From sequence record MK568540.2: a DNA stretch of 64,000 nt; one strand, 5' to 3'. This document shows, in pieces, positions 33,107 to 44,380 of the stretch (positions are counted from its first letter, which is position 1; every line of letters starts with the position of its first letter). Made by a program: the position numbers and the translations under genes. The notes under the pieces are model-generated. The model was not told the DNA's origin, searched no databases, and was given only the letters and a program-made list of their open reading frames with translations.

Positions 33107-34645
33107 ATGGCAGAATTAAGATCAACTACCGCAATTGGCGGTAAACTAGTATGGCACGGAGGTAATTTACGATTTGACCCACAAGGTGAAACTGTTCTTT
33201 ACAACGGCTACAAAATTTATACAGAACACGACAAGCCAGACCCGCATACCGATTTAACCGAATCTGTTGTTAAGCGTGCTGGTGATTCAATGTCAGGTGT
33301 ATTGAAAGTTAATGCGCTTGGCGAAGTGATGAGATTTGATGGCGGTTACTCAGATGGTCAAGGTGACAATCTTGGGGGCGCCGACGCATGGATTTATCTA
33401 GGTAATAATGCATATGCGTGGAACTTGAAATATCGCGGGACATCATCTGGTGCTGACGGTAACGAGTTTATGATTGAATCTAAACAATCTGGTCGATACT
33501 GGTCATTTGATCACTTAGGGAACATGCAGTATTACGACGGTTCAACACATCGAACTATGTTGCATACTGGAAATCAGTCTTTACTTGATGGTCGCTATTT
33601 GAATGTATCGGGTGACTCGATGACGGGTATTTTCAATACATTGACTGCGCCTGAGACTAACGAGGGGTCGAGACAACTTCGTTTCCCTTCATCTAGACCG
33701 TGGAACTTTCAGACTCGCGGTGTCGGTGCTGGGGCGGTGTTATATCTTTCAAGTGAAAGTACCGACAAAGCATTCAAAATCGAAGATAGTAGTCAGATAA
33801 CTGCATTGACTGTTGGCGTTGGTGCAAATTCGTATGTAGACGCTGAACGTGAATTGAGAGAGCGAGGTAATCGCGTATTCAGCCCGAATAACAGAAACAT
33901 CACCGACTCGGTTAGTACAGCAAGCTCGACTGTATATGCATCTGCGACTGCTGCTAAAACTGCAAATGATAACGCGAATACTCGTGTACTTAAATCAGGT
34001 GATACGATGTCTGGGCATTTATTGTTTGATGTGGGATTTGGTATTCGCCGAACTAATGAATATTTCTTAGATTTCAATAGTACTGACATACACATGTCAT
34101 CAATTGGTGATCTTACTATCGAAGCAGACGCGAACGACAACGAAACAACTCGTCATTTGAACTTGATTGCAGGGTTAAACTCGTTGACTATTGATGGTGG
34201 TTCTCAGAACAGTGCAAGCGCATTGAAATTCAACGATAACGTTGTACTACACACTGGAAACTACACGACGAATCTAGACGGTCGTTACGTAAACGCCGCA
34301 GGTGATTCGATGACGGGTAACTTGACGATGAATGGTAATCTCATCTACGGTTCATCTACAAGTCGCTATCTGAAGTTAAGTAGTGACACTGAACTTGTTA
34401 CCCCTGCAAGCGTGTTTATTTCAGCGGATACCGACTCTAATAGCACTGTAGAAGCGGTTAATCTAGAAGCGGGTGTTAACATATTAAAAATCAAGTCAAA
34501 CGCTGCTGCGACGCATACAGACAATATAACGTATAACGGTAGCGTAGTTCAGCACGATGGTCGAAGTGAAATGAAATTCGACGACGGTGCAGCGTCGATT
34601 GTGTATAACTCAACGAGTGAATCAATCGACTTTATTTTCTCATAA
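33107..34645 (+). CDS. Tail fibre protein
   Basis: Repeated V...GDSM.G fibre motifs; late-like ACTAAATA at ~33058. Confidence 0.75.
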   Translation: MAELRSTTAIGGKLVWHGGNLRFDPQGETVLYNGYKIYTEHDKPDPHTDLTESVVKRAGDSMSGVLKVNALGEVMRFDGGYSDGQGDNLGGADAWIYLGNNAYAWNLKYRGTSSGADGNEFMIESKQSGRYWSFDHLGNMQYYDGSTHRTMLHTGNQSLLDGRYLNVSGDSMTGIFNTLTAPETNEGSRQLRFPSSRPWNFQTRGVGAGAVLYLSSESTDKAFKIEDSSQITALTVGVGANSYVDAERELRERGNRVFSPNNRNITDSVSTASSTVYASATAAKTANDNANTRVLKSGDTMSGHLLFDVGFGIRRTNEYFLDFNSTDIHMSSIGDLTIEADANDNETTRHLNLIAGLNSLTIDGGSQNSASALKFNDNVVLHTGNYTTNLDGRYVNAAGDSMTGNLTMNGNLIYGSSTSRYLKLSSDTELVTPASVFISADTDSNSTVEAVNLEAGVNILKIKSNAAATHTDNITYNGSVVQHDGRSEMKFDDGAASIVYNSTSESIDFIFS

Positions 34646-34656
34646 GGTGAATTCAT

Positions 34657-37600
34657 ATGGCATTAATTGCATGGTACCCTTTACATAAAGATCTTAAAGA
34701 CTGGAGTGGTAATGAAAACCACTTGAGTCTTTATAACGATAGCGGTGCAATCGTAGATAGTCAAGGTAAATTGGGTATGTGTCAAGAGCGCACAGTTTAC
34801 AATACTACTGACCATCTACGAAGTGAGCGCAAAGTTAATCTAAACAAAGATTTCACGTTGGCTGCGTGGATCAGACCAATGGGGAATTATCATCTTTCAA
34901 CTGCGAATGGTGTAGTTACTCTGCATAGTCACTCAGATGATACGGGACCTGGGTTGACGCTTAAATGTGATAGTGTCACTTCTGCTTTATTGAGTTGTAA
35001 CACAGGCAATGGTACGTCTCGTACATATCACACGTACTACGGTACGACTAATATGCACTTGAAATGGCATCACTGTGTTATGAGATATAATGACGGTGTT
35101 GTGACGCTGTGGGTTGATGGGGTAGTTGAGAGAACTTTCTCTTATGACATGGCATATCAAGAAGACTATATCGCACTGTTTGCATGGTCTACTACATACC
35201 TAGGCGCGAGTAATTATCGCCCGACGTGTAAGTTGAATGACGTGCGTGTGTACGATCACGCGCTTTCAACTGCTGAAATCAAAGAACTTGCTCGTGGTCT
35301 TCAGGTGCATTATACATTTGACGACCTAGAACCGGGATTTGAAAACCGTATTGTGAATAGCTCATTGTTAGGTGCAGTTCCGTTTGACCCGTTAGTGCAT
35401 ACAAACATCGGCTGGGATCCCGATCTGCATAAAGACGCGCTAATCGTACCGGGATGGTCTAGTGGTTGGAATGGTGGTTCAGACCCTGATAATGATCGAA
35501 TTCATGCACACTTTAAAGAATTTCAAGGTGAAACTGTCGGGTATGCGAATAACATAGATGGTGGCTGGCTTGGGTTAACACACACGACCCTTAATAATGA
35601 ATTACTAGACCCTGGTTTAGAAACTGACCCAAATGGTTCGCCTAATGATCGTCGTATCGGTCGTAAGATGATTTTATCACTTGACGTTTATACTGAAGAC
35701 GTTGGTAGTGGTATTCCGTATTGGGATATCGGGTTATATAGACCTGTGATCGGCGGCAATCGTTCGTTTGCGAAGCGTATGTACGTAAGACCAACTCGCT
35801 CAAAAGCATGGGAACGAATTCAAGTTGAATTTGAGATTGACGATCAATGGGATTGGGATTCGACATCAAGTGCAACAATCTACTTTTACGGGCATTACGG
35901 GCCGACGGGACCAAAATACTTCAAGAATGTTCAGCTTGAATTGATGACTGACCGTGCAAATGATTACAAGGTATCAAATACTACGGGTCGTTTCGTCAAC
36001 CCTGCCCAGTATGAACTACATGATGCATCTGGGTTCAAACATGATGCTGAATATCTGATTAACGGTGATGTCGAAGCTAGAAACTACAATTCGGTTTATT
36101 ACTCTCATATGTCGATTAATAACACGAAACAATCAGTAGTTTATAACGTTTTTGATGAAAGAGATATCAAACCATCTCCCGTAGGTCATACTGTATACTG
36201 GGCACCGGGTAGTGATGCTATTTGGTATAATGCTAGTGGTTACGATATGACTCAAGGCTCACCGGGTGCTTGGGTTGTTGATGGGTACGTTCCGCCAGAA
36301 GATAGCTTCACATGGATGGCATGGATCAATAAACGCAATCAACGCGCACGAGATTCAGTTCTAGTGTCATGTGGCGATGGTTGGGATACAGCTAGTGGGT
36401 TTGAAATCGGCTATGGTTGGCGTGATTCGAACTATGCAGGTGTTGCGGGTGAGCGTGTTGCATCTGGCGGTGCTGCTGGATTTCCTGGGTCTGTTAATGA
36501 ATGGAGTCATTGTGCTCTAGTGTTCGATGGTGAAACTGGTATCACTAAATGGTACGTAAATGGCGTTGTGACTAAAACTCATAGCGGAACGCCTCGTGAC
36601 ATCGGTTTAGGTGTTGGGTATCTTAAAGTTCTCAATACGGGAGTTTCACGAAACACCACGGGTGATGCTTATTACGGTGGCGTTGCTGATTATAAGATTT
36701 ACGCGAAAGCACTTGAACAATCCGAAATTCAAGAGTTAATGAACATCAAAACAAGCATCGACAATAAAGGACAGCTTAATAGCTCGCGTTTAGTCGAGGG
36801 TTGGGATGACTCTGCGGAAACGGAAATTCAAATTCGTTCGAGTTCTGAGTCATTTGATGATGGTACAGCTACGTTCATTGATGGCGTTAAACAAGGGACT
36901 CCTTTATCGAGACGTGGGCTAAATTTCTGTATCTTTGATCATGGGATGAACTTGCGTGCATTTGGTAACCTCGACACATACGCAGGGACTGTAGTCTCTC
37001 AGTACTACGAGTTTGACGGTGACGTGTACATTTCTACGGGTTCTGAAGTTACTGACGCACAAGACGCGCATAACTGGGTTAAGCACGCTATTGATAAGAT
37101 GGAAGATGGTTGGTTATTGAGTATTGCTCGTTGTGATGCATCTTCAGCGCAAGATGGTACACTCGATGAGTATTTCAAAACGTACTTCAGTGCTGATTAT
37201 GGTCCTAGTGAAATTATCACTCGCGGTACGTGGGCGTTGATTGGGTTTAAAAACGGTCAAAAGCTTCTCGAAGAAAAAGAAGGTCGTCGTTACAACGAAC
37301 AAGGTGAACGTATTAACTACACTCGTACATCTTTCTTGCGCGGTAGTTTCAATAAACCAAATGTTAATAAAGATGGTACAACGTATGCAGGTGTGTTTGA
37401 TGAAGTCGGTAATACCGATTCACTATATGCATATCTTGATTTTACTGATGTTGAGCCGTTTACAGACAAATCGATGTCAAGAACGTCAATCACTCAATTC
37501 AATAACCCGTTGATTGATAAAGGTGGGTTATACACTGACGGTACATTAGCTGCTAATGGCGGTGTACTGATTGACAATTCACTAGATGTTACCTTTAGTG

Positions 37601-38115
37601 ATGCAGATTGGGATACGAGTGAGTTTACGATGACTGTTCTGTGTACTGCACTATCTGAGACTCAAGATACCGAAGCGTTGATAATGGCGAGTAGAGGTTT
37701 TCATACTGGTATCGTTGCAAATAACGGTCGATATGACGCTCGAATTTCAGTATCTGAGACATCGGGTGGTCGATGGTATACTCTTTCGGGTATCCCGCAT
37801 ACAGTGAACGAGATAACTGCTATATCACTCGTTAAAAAAGCGAAACAGTTTAGATTGTATGTGAATGGTTCATTACTAGATACCGCGACACTAGATGATG
37901 ATTTCATCGAGTTTAAATCTGATCATGATATTACATTTGGGTATAACTCATCAACGAGTGAAGATTTTCGCTTTAATGGTGTGACGCATAAAGGCAAATT
38001 ACATACAAAAGCACTGAGTGATATTGAAATCGAGCGCGAACACAAGTTGTTGCTTGAGTCTGCGAGTTTCAATAAAAATGGTTCAGTGTCTGTTGTGTCA
38101 CTGAGTGAATCATAA
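34657..38115 (+). CDS. Large multi-LamG/concanavalin-like adhesin
   Basis: Three LamG-like blocks (WHHCVMRY..VYDHALS; WSHCALVF..KIYAKAL; FRLYVNG..KALS) separated by carbohydrate-binding-like domains. Confidence 0.7.
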   Translation: MALIAWYPLHKDLKDWSGNENHLSLYNDSGAIVDSQGKLGMCQERTVYNTTDHLRSERKVNLNKDFTLAAWIRPMGNYHLSTANGVVTLHSHSDDTGPGLTLKCDSVTSALLSCNTGNGTSRTYHTYYGTTNMHLKWHHCVMRYNDGVVTLWVDGVVERTFSYDMAYQEDYIALFAWSTTYLGASNYRPTCKLNDVRVYDHALSTAEIKELARGLQVHYTFDDLEPGFENRIVNSSLLGAVPFDPLVHTNIGWDPDLHKDALIVPGWSSGWNGGSDPDNDRIHAHFKEFQGETVGYANNIDGGWLGLTHTTLNNELLDPGLETDPNGSPNDRRIGRKMILSLDVYTEDVGSGIPYWDIGLYRPVIGGNRSFAKRMYVRPTRSKAWERIQVEFEIDDQWDWDSTSSATIYFYGHYGPTGPKYFKNVQLELMTDRANDYKVSNTTGRFVNPAQYELHDASGFKHDAEYLINGDVEARNYNSVYYSHMSINNTKQSVVYNVFDERDIKPSPVGHTVYWAPGSDAIWYNASGYDMTQGSPGAWVVDGYVPPEDSFTWMAWINKRNQRARDSVLVSCGDGWDTASGFEIGYGWRDSNYAGVAGERVASGGAAGFPGSVNEWSHCALVFDGETGITKWYVNGVVTKTHSGTPRDIGLGVGYLKVLNTGVSRNTTGDAYYGGVADYKIYAKALEQSEIQELMNIKTSIDNKGQLNSSRLVEGWDDSAETEIQIRSSSESFDDGTATFIDGVKQGTPLSRRGLNFCIFDHGMNLRAFGNLDTYAGTVVSQYYEFDGDVYISTGSEVTDAQDAHNWVKHAIDKMEDGWLLSIARCDASSAQDGTLDEYFKTYFSADYGPSEIITRGTWALIGFKNGQKLLEEKEGRRYNEQGERINYTRTSFLRGSFNKPNVNKDGTTYAGVFDEVGNTDSLYAYLDFTDVEPFTDKSMSRTSITQFNNPLIDKGGLYTDGTLAANGGVLIDNSLDVTFSDADWDTSEFTMTVLCTALSETQDTEALIMASRGFHTGIVANNGRYDARISVSETSGGRWYTLSGIPHTVNEITAISLVKKAKQFRLYVNGSLLDTATLDDDFIEFKSDHDITFGYNSSTSEDFRFNGVTHKGKLHTKALSDIEIEREHKLLLESASFNKNGSVSVVSLSES

Positions 38116-38145
38116 ATATTATAAAACAACTAATAGGAATATGAA

Positions 38146-39804
38146 ATGGCAAAATTAGGTCCTACTAACATTTTCGGTACGTTGAACGTATCGTCAATGA
38201 CACATGTCGGGAGTCTAGTTGTTGATACTGAGCTTTTTGCGCAAAATACGCAAAAGGTGTTTCATGATGCCTATCACCCAAATGCAGATAAATGGACTAC
38301 CGCTCGTACGTTGAATTTAAGCGGCGACGCGAGTGGTAGCGTCTCTTGGGATGGTAGCTCAGATGTTACATTAAACGTCACAGTAGCAGACGACTCACAT
38401 ACTCACGAAACGCAATATATTAGTAAAACACAACCGTATAACGATAATATTCTAAGCGGGTCAATTGGCGGCTCAGATGGCAAACCGTTACTACAAGTTA
38501 ATGGGGCTTCTGCGTATCTAGGCTCGACTGGGCGTGCAGGGTTACAATTAGCAACAAGCACCAACCCTGAGTGGGTTGGTGGTGGTGGGGCATATAAACT
38601 TTTTAATGATGCCTATCACCCAAATGCTGATAAATGGACTAATGCACGAACATTGACATTGAGTGGTGATTTAAGTGGCTCAGTATCTATTGATGGTAGT
38701 TCTAACGTAACGTTATCAGCTTCGGTTGCTAATGACTCACACACGCATACGTGGATTGTTGTTGACGATACTCGCGATACACCGATTACACCTAATACGC
38801 TTGTGGCTCGATCAGTATCTGCACAGTTTACAAACTTAGACAGACCGGGCGGTTTTTCAGCTTGGTATTCTGCGTTATCTGTGAACGGCTGGGATTCTGG
38901 TTATCAAGCATGGCAATTACTTGGTGGTAGTAACAATTTTTCTGATAACGAGCTGTATTTCCGTCGTGGCTTGACAACTTCTTGGAGTAGTACACAGCGC
39001 ATTTTCATGGACGATTATCACCCAAATGCAGACCGATGGACAACTTCTCGTACGTTGACGCTGAACGGTGATGCAAGTGGTTCAGTTTCAATTAACGGTA
39101 GTTCGAACGTGACTTTAACCGTTACTGTTGCTAATGACTCACACACTCACGACGGGCGATATTACACAGAATCCGAATCGAATTCAAGATATGTGTATAA
39201 GTCTGGTGATACGATGACTGGCAATCTGACATTCAAGGCTGGTTCACATGCGGGTGCTGTTATTAAGGCATTAGATGGTGGAGCTAACGGGACGAACTTG
39301 ATTTTTTCACCGGGTGGTAATCTAGTAATCGGTTCGGGTGAGTCAACTGCGGCAAATGCAGTCTTATCGGGAAATACGGGAGAAGATTTGCACGCTGGGT
39401 CTGATGGTACAATATTCATGTATACTAATGCTCAAACATGGGGCAGCCGTAAAACGTATACACTATCAACTACTGGTGATTTTACAGCACCGGGTAATAT
39501 CACTGCGTATTCTGATATAAGAATCAAAACTGATATTAAGCGCATTGTTAACCCACTTGAAAAAATTGACAGTCTGAATGGTTATACGTATGAGCGTACT
39601 GACATTGACGGGCCTCGTCAAACTGGTGTGATTGCTCAAGAAGTTATTGAAGTTCTACCAGAAGCAGTTGTCGAGCAAAACAACATGTATTCTGTTTCAT
39701 ACGGGAACATGGTTGGGTTGTTGATCGAAGGTATTAAAGAAGAGAAACGAAAACGCGAAGAACTTGAAAAACGTCTAGAAAGTCTAGAAAAACTACTTAA
39801 ATAA
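38146..39804 (+). CDS. Tail fibre with C-terminal S74-like intramolecular chaperone
   Basis: YHPNADKWT repeats; AYSDIRIKTDIKRI..LNGYTY..TGVIAQEV. Confidence 0.85.
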   Translation: MAKLGPTNIFGTLNVSSMTHVGSLVVDTELFAQNTQKVFHDAYHPNADKWTTARTLNLSGDASGSVSWDGSSDVTLNVTVADDSHTHETQYISKTQPYNDNILSGSIGGSDGKPLLQVNGASAYLGSTGRAGLQLATSTNPEWVGGGGAYKLFNDAYHPNADKWTNARTLTLSGDLSGSVSIDGSSNVTLSASVANDSHTHTWIVVDDTRDTPITPNTLVARSVSAQFTNLDRPGGFSAWYSALSVNGWDSGYQAWQLLGGSNNFSDNELYFRRGLTTSWSSTQRIFMDDYHPNADRWTTSRTLTLNGDASGSVSINGSSNVTLTVTVANDSHTHDGRYYTESESNSRYVYKSGDTMTGNLTFKAGSHAGAVIKALDGGANGTNLIFSPGGNLVIGSGESTAANAVLSGNTGEDLHAGSDGTIFMYTNAQTWGSRKTYTLSTTGDFTAPGNITAYSDIRIKTDIKRIVNPLEKIDSLNGYTYERTDIDGPRQTGVIAQEVIEVLPEAVVEQNNMYSVSYGNMVGLLIEGIKEEKRKREELEKRLESLEKLLK

Positions 39805-39829
39805 AAAAGCTCCTACGGGAGCTTTTTTT
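39803..39829 (+). terminator. Terminator
   Basis: AAAAAAGCTCC/GGAGCTTTTTT. Confidence 0.8.
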
Positions 39830-39874
39830 ATACATGATAAATAAATGATAAAACGTACTCAATGAGAGAATAAC

Positions 39875-42800
39875 ATGGCAGAACTAAGATCAACTACCGC
39901 AATTGGTGGTAACATAGTTTGGCACGGAGGGAATCTTCGCTTTGACCCGCAAGGCGAGACAATTCGCTACCAAGGCCACAAAATTTATACAGAACATGAT
40001 ACACCACTACCAGGCGAATTAGGTAACGGTGGGACGACTTCTGCATTCACGAAAGCTGAATCTGATGGTCGTTTTGCTCCGATTGTTGCTGGCGGCTACG
40101 TGAAGAAAACCGGCGATACAATGTCAGGTAAATTGACAAACACGGCAAACGAAATTGAGATCAACGGGGCATCGCCACGTCTGTTGTTGCGCGACAACGA
40201 CAACTCGAAAAACTGGTACATTATGAACTCGACTGATAGTTTCAGTATTCGAGAAAATGATGTAGTCACTACTCGCTTCAGAATTGATGCTACTGCTGCC
40301 GACTTTTCTGTTGATAGTATTGATATCAACATGAAAACAGCATTGCGTGGGTTTGATGATTGGTTGAGAATCAATGATCAGAATGAGTTTACGTCTGGGG
40401 TTTATTACGGAAGCTCTCTATTACGTACAGACGGAACGTTGCAAATCGGCAACAATGGTTCAACTCTGAGTGTAAACGGCTCTGCGTTCACGTATGAAGG
40501 TAATAACGTCTTCACTGAAGCATATCACCCAAATGCGGACAAATGGACATCTGCACGCACTCTTACAACGACTCTAACGGGCGATGTAAGCGGTTCTGCG
40601 TCTATGACTATTGATGGATCGGCTAATGCGACCGTGACTGTTACAGCGACTGTAGCGAACGATTCACACACACATGACGGTAGGTACTACACTGAAGCTG
40701 AATCTGATGCGAGATTTGCAAATGTTACAGGTGATACATTTACTGGAAACGTTGCGATCAGCAAAGCAGGTGCGCGTTTAAGCTTCAACGAGACTCTATA
40801 TGCAACCGAAAACTCAGGTATTAACTGGATTACGGGTGCGAATCAGAATCTGGAATTGATTCATGAGATTAGTGATGTTGACATCAACACTGATGGTGGT
40901 AACGGTCAAGCATTGATCATTCGTGAGAATGGTTCAACTGCATCGGTCGCAGGACTTGAAGTACAAGGTGAGATCTTCGCGAAAGTAAACCAACGTGTAT
41001 TCCACGATGCTTATCACCCAAATGCTGATAGGTGGACATCTGCACGCACTCTTACAACGACTCTAACGGGCGATGTAAGCGGTTCTGCGTCTATGACTAT
41101 TGATGGATCGGCTAATGCGACCGTGACTGTTACAGCGACTGTAGCGAACGATTCACACACACATGACGGTAGGTACTACACTGAAGCTGAATCTGATGCG
41201 AGATTTGCAAATGTTACAGGTGATACATTTACTGGAAACGTTGCGATCAGCAAAGCAGGTGCGCGTTTAAGCTTCAACGAGACTCTATATGCAACCGAAA
41301 ACTCAGGTATTAACTGGATTACGGGTGCGAATCAGAATCTGGAATTGATTCATGAGATTAGTGATGTTGACATCAACACTGATGGTGGTAACGGTCAAGC
41401 ATTGATCATTCGTGAGAATGGTTCAACTGCATCGGTCGCAGGACTTGAAGTACAAGGTGAGATCTTCGCGAAAGTAAACCAACGTGTATTCCACGATGCT
41501 TATCACCCAAATGCTGATAGGTGGACTACTGCTCGTACAATCACACTAGGTGGTGATCTAACAGGTTCAGTATCTATCGATGGTACTTCAAACGTTACGT
41601 TGAATGCATCTGTTCCGTCACTATCAAACTACCCGACATTTGCTGAAGTTGGTATACGCGCAGATCAGCCGAATTACTTAGCAACTGGTCGAACGATGGC
41701 AGGTGTTGATACTACAGTTGATTGGGATACGCTAACACAAGGTGGTTTCTACTACAAGTTATCACAAGGTACAAATAGACCAAGCGGATTTACTGGCTAC
41801 TGGTATGTTCAGAACATGACATATGGTTCAACTTCGAATACTACTCAAGTTGCATACCCTTACGGTCTAGCTGGAAATGTTGGTACAATGGCGATGCGTA
41901 CTCGTTATAGTGAAGTATGGGAAGACTGGGTGTACATGTACCACACAGATTATCACCCATATGCAGACAAATGGACAACTGCACGTTCACTATCACTAGG
42001 TGGTGAGTTAAGCGGTTCAGTATCTATCGATGGTAGTTCAAACGTTACGCTAGATGCCTCAGTTGATTTCATCACGAACGTGTTGAATATCAATCGCGTT
42101 GGCGAATCAAACCCGTCGATTTGGTTTAACAACGACACGGGTGAAACTCGCGGTAACATCTACTGGAATCGAGTTGATGATTCATTGCAGTTTCGTTTGA
42201 ATGCCTCTGATGGAACTACTGCTGAAAACATAATGTCAATGTACTCAGACCGTACAGTGTTTACAGATGCAGTTCATACAAGCGCGCTGTTGAATGATGC
42301 AAACACAGAACAAGGTTTGTTGATGTATAGCGGTGGTACGACTCGACTAGGTGGCGGCGGCGCGGGGGCAATTTACTTATGCCCGCAGGGTGTTAATTAT
42401 AATGCATCAAGTAATTTCGCAGCATCGCTTAACACGTTCGGGGTGATGTCATTGAATTCATCATCTTCAACCCCACTTTCTGTACATCGAGTTGAGGAGT
42501 CTTCAGTACCTAACGTTAATATTCGATTCCAAGGAAAGAGTACTAACGGAAATGCACTAGGTGAATCGTGGTATGCAGGTTCGTTCACGAACGGTGCAGG
42601 GTTTGGTATTGGTACAAATGCAGACTTATCCACAGCATCAAATCGATTGTTCGAAGTTGGTGGTGCAGGTGCAGTTGTGCGTCGAGAAGGAACTGGTGCT
42701 ACGAGTCTTACTATTCAAGGTACTGACCCGTTCTTGTTGTTTGATCAAACAGATATTGGTAAATCTGGTTATATCGGAATGGACGGTTCGGGTGTTGATT

Positions 42801-44377
42801 CACTTTATGTTCGTACCCCAGACGATTCGACAAGACGCAGCATTTACCATGAAGCGAATAAACCAACTGCGAATGATGTAGTCAATAACGTAATCAGTCT
42901 AAATGGTTTAGATTCGACTAAATTCTATCCAGTCGTATTTGATGCAAACAATACTGCTGGTTATACGTGTGAATTCACATTGTCTGTAGGTTCGGGTCAA
43001 GGCAGCTCACCATATAACAATAACACATTAACAGGGGTTGCTCGTGGCGGCGGTTGGTCAGACCACAATGCATATTATGACTTGATGTTACAGAAATACT
43101 CAGACAGTGAAACAAACATTCACTCGATCTGGGAAGGTTCACAGGGATTTGTTGGTCTTGTTATCTACGTTCGTGGTGGTCAGAGTATAAATCTGCGTAG
43201 TAACTCTCGCGCTCAAGTGTATACTTCAGACTACTCATTCGGTGGGTCGGTGTTCCCTGCGGGAATCTCAAACCCACTGGGTGCTGCAACTAATGCTAAT
43301 ATGCTCGCATACTTCGATAGATCAGGACGATACACATCGTGGTCGGCGACTAATTTCAAACTAAATGGTGGTAAGTATAGCATCTACACGGGTACGAGTA
43401 ATGCTGAATTGACATTAGACACCGACGCTAACGTTAATTCGATCTTTCGTATGACTGAAGATGCTGGGCATCATGGCGCTTATATTCAATATGAAGGCGG
43501 GGCAAACGAGTTTCGTTTAGGTACTCGTCAGTCAGATGTTGACACTATTGCATTACGTGTATATCGCGGTTCTGCAAGTGTACATATCGGAAATGAGCTA
43601 CTTTCCAAGGCTGTGGATATTGCGTTAGGTGGTCGTATTAAGTTCAATGGTAAACATGCGATTAGAGCTTATGATGCTCAGTGGCTGAGAATAAATGACG
43701 AAAGTGCATTTACTTCTGGAATTTATTGTGGTAATTCATTGCTACGCACAGACGGTCAAATCACTTCAGGTTCTTGGTCTGGTTCAAATAAATCAGCTAG
43801 AGTTGCATCTAACTTTTACGATTCGACGTGGGCAGGTAACGGAACTGCTGCATTTAGCGTAAACAACCCAGATACTGTGGGTGCTCACTGGGCATTTGCT
43901 TCTTATTACAACGGTAGTAATATTCGCTCGGGTATTCAGATTCTATCAAATTCTGAAGGTCGTATGCGTTTCTACACTAACCGTAGAAGTAAGTATGTTG
44001 AGATAAATGGTGGTAGTGTAGTTGCAACAGGTAACGTTACAGCTTACTCAGATGCACGTTTGAAAGAGAATGTCAAGGTTATTGACAATGCACTCAATAA
44101 AGTAGGTGAATTAAGCGGGTATACATATGATAAGCGCACATCATTAGACTCAGATGAGTTTACTCGTGAAACTGGTGTAATCGCGCAAGAAGTGCAAAAA
44201 GTGCTACCAGAAGCTGTGATGGAAAGTGACGAAGATCATATTCTATCAGTGGCGTACGGTAATATGAACGGTCTTTTGATTGAAGCTATTAAAGAGCTTA
44301 ATGAGAAAGTCGATTCACTTCAGAACGAAGTACAAGAACTTAAACGCCCATGGTGGAAGAAGTTGCTTCGTTTATAA
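39875..44377 (+). CDS. Long tail fibre distal subunit (gp37-like) with S74-like chaperone
   Basis: 1500 aa; fibre repeats; AYSDARLKENV C-terminal chaperone. Confidence 0.85.
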   Translation: MAELRSTTAIGGNIVWHGGNLRFDPQGETIRYQGHKIYTEHDTPLPGELGNGGTTSAFTKAESDGRFAPIVAGGYVKKTGDTMSGKLTNTANEIEINGASPRLLLRDNDNSKNWYIMNSTDSFSIRENDVVTTRFRIDATAADFSVDSIDINMKTALRGFDDWLRINDQNEFTSGVYYGSSLLRTDGTLQIGNNGSTLSVNGSAFTYEGNNVFTEAYHPNADKWTSARTLTTTLTGDVSGSASMTIDGSANATVTVTATVANDSHTHDGRYYTEAESDARFANVTGDTFTGNVAISKAGARLSFNETLYATENSGINWITGANQNLELIHEISDVDINTDGGNGQALIIRENGSTASVAGLEVQGEIFAKVNQRVFHDAYHPNADRWTSARTLTTTLTGDVSGSASMTIDGSANATVTVTATVANDSHTHDGRYYTEAESDARFANVTGDTFTGNVAISKAGARLSFNETLYATENSGINWITGANQNLELIHEISDVDINTDGGNGQALIIRENGSTASVAGLEVQGEIFAKVNQRVFHDAYHPNADRWTTARTITLGGDLTGSVSIDGTSNVTLNASVPSLSNYPTFAEVGIRADQPNYLATGRTMAGVDTTVDWDTLTQGGFYYKLSQGTNRPSGFTGYWYVQNMTYGSTSNTTQVAYPYGLAGNVGTMAMRTRYSEVWEDWVYMYHTDYHPYADKWTTARSLSLGGELSGSVSIDGSSNVTLDASVDFITNVLNINRVGESNPSIWFNNDTGETRGNIYWNRVDDSLQFRLNASDGTTAENIMSMYSDRTVFTDAVHTSALLNDANTEQGLLMYSGGTTRLGGGGAGAIYLCPQGVNYNASSNFAASLNTFGVMSLNSSSSTPLSVHRVEESSVPNVNIRFQGKSTNGNALGESWYAGSFTNGAGFGIGTNADLSTASNRLFEVGGAGAVVRREGTGATSLTIQGTDPFLLFDQTDIGKSGYIGMDGSGVDSLYVRTPDDSTRRSIYHEANKPTANDVVNNVISLNGLDSTKFYPVVFDANNTAGYTCEFTLSVGSGQGSSPYNNNTLTGVARGGGWSDHNAYYDLMLQKYSDSETNIHSIWEGSQGFVGLVIYVRGGQSINLRSNSRAQVYTSDYSFGGSVFPAGISNPLGAATNANMLAYFDRSGRYTSWSATNFKLNGGKYSIYTGTSNAELTLDTDANVNSIFRMTEDAGHHGAYIQYEGGANEFRLGTRQSDVDTIALRVYRGSASVHIGNELLSKAVDIALGGRIKFNGKHAIRAYDAQWLRINDESAFTSGIYCGNSLLRTDGQITSGSWSGSNKSARVASNFYDSTWAGNGTAAFSVNNPDTVGAHWAFASYYNGSNIRSGIQILSNSEGRMRFYTNRRSKYVEINGGSVVATGNVTAYSDARLKENVKVIDNALNKVGELSGYTYDKRTSLDSDEFTRETGVIAQEVQKVLPEAVMESDEDHILSVAYGNMNGLLIEAIKELNEKVDSLQNEVQELKRPWWKKLLRL
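40544..41526 (+). repeat. In-frame 489-bp tandem duplication (163 aa)
   Basis: Copy starting at 40544 repeats at 41033; no differences seen by eye. Confidence 0.9.
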
Positions 44378-44380
44378 ATA
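44373..44380 (+). promoter_or_regulatory. Late promoter TATAAATA
   Basis: Exact match upstream of 44427. Confidence 0.75.

Noticed and set aside
33107-44377. Diversity-generating retroelement in the fibre repeats
   Set aside because: No reverse transcriptase is present and the repeat differences are not adenine-specific.
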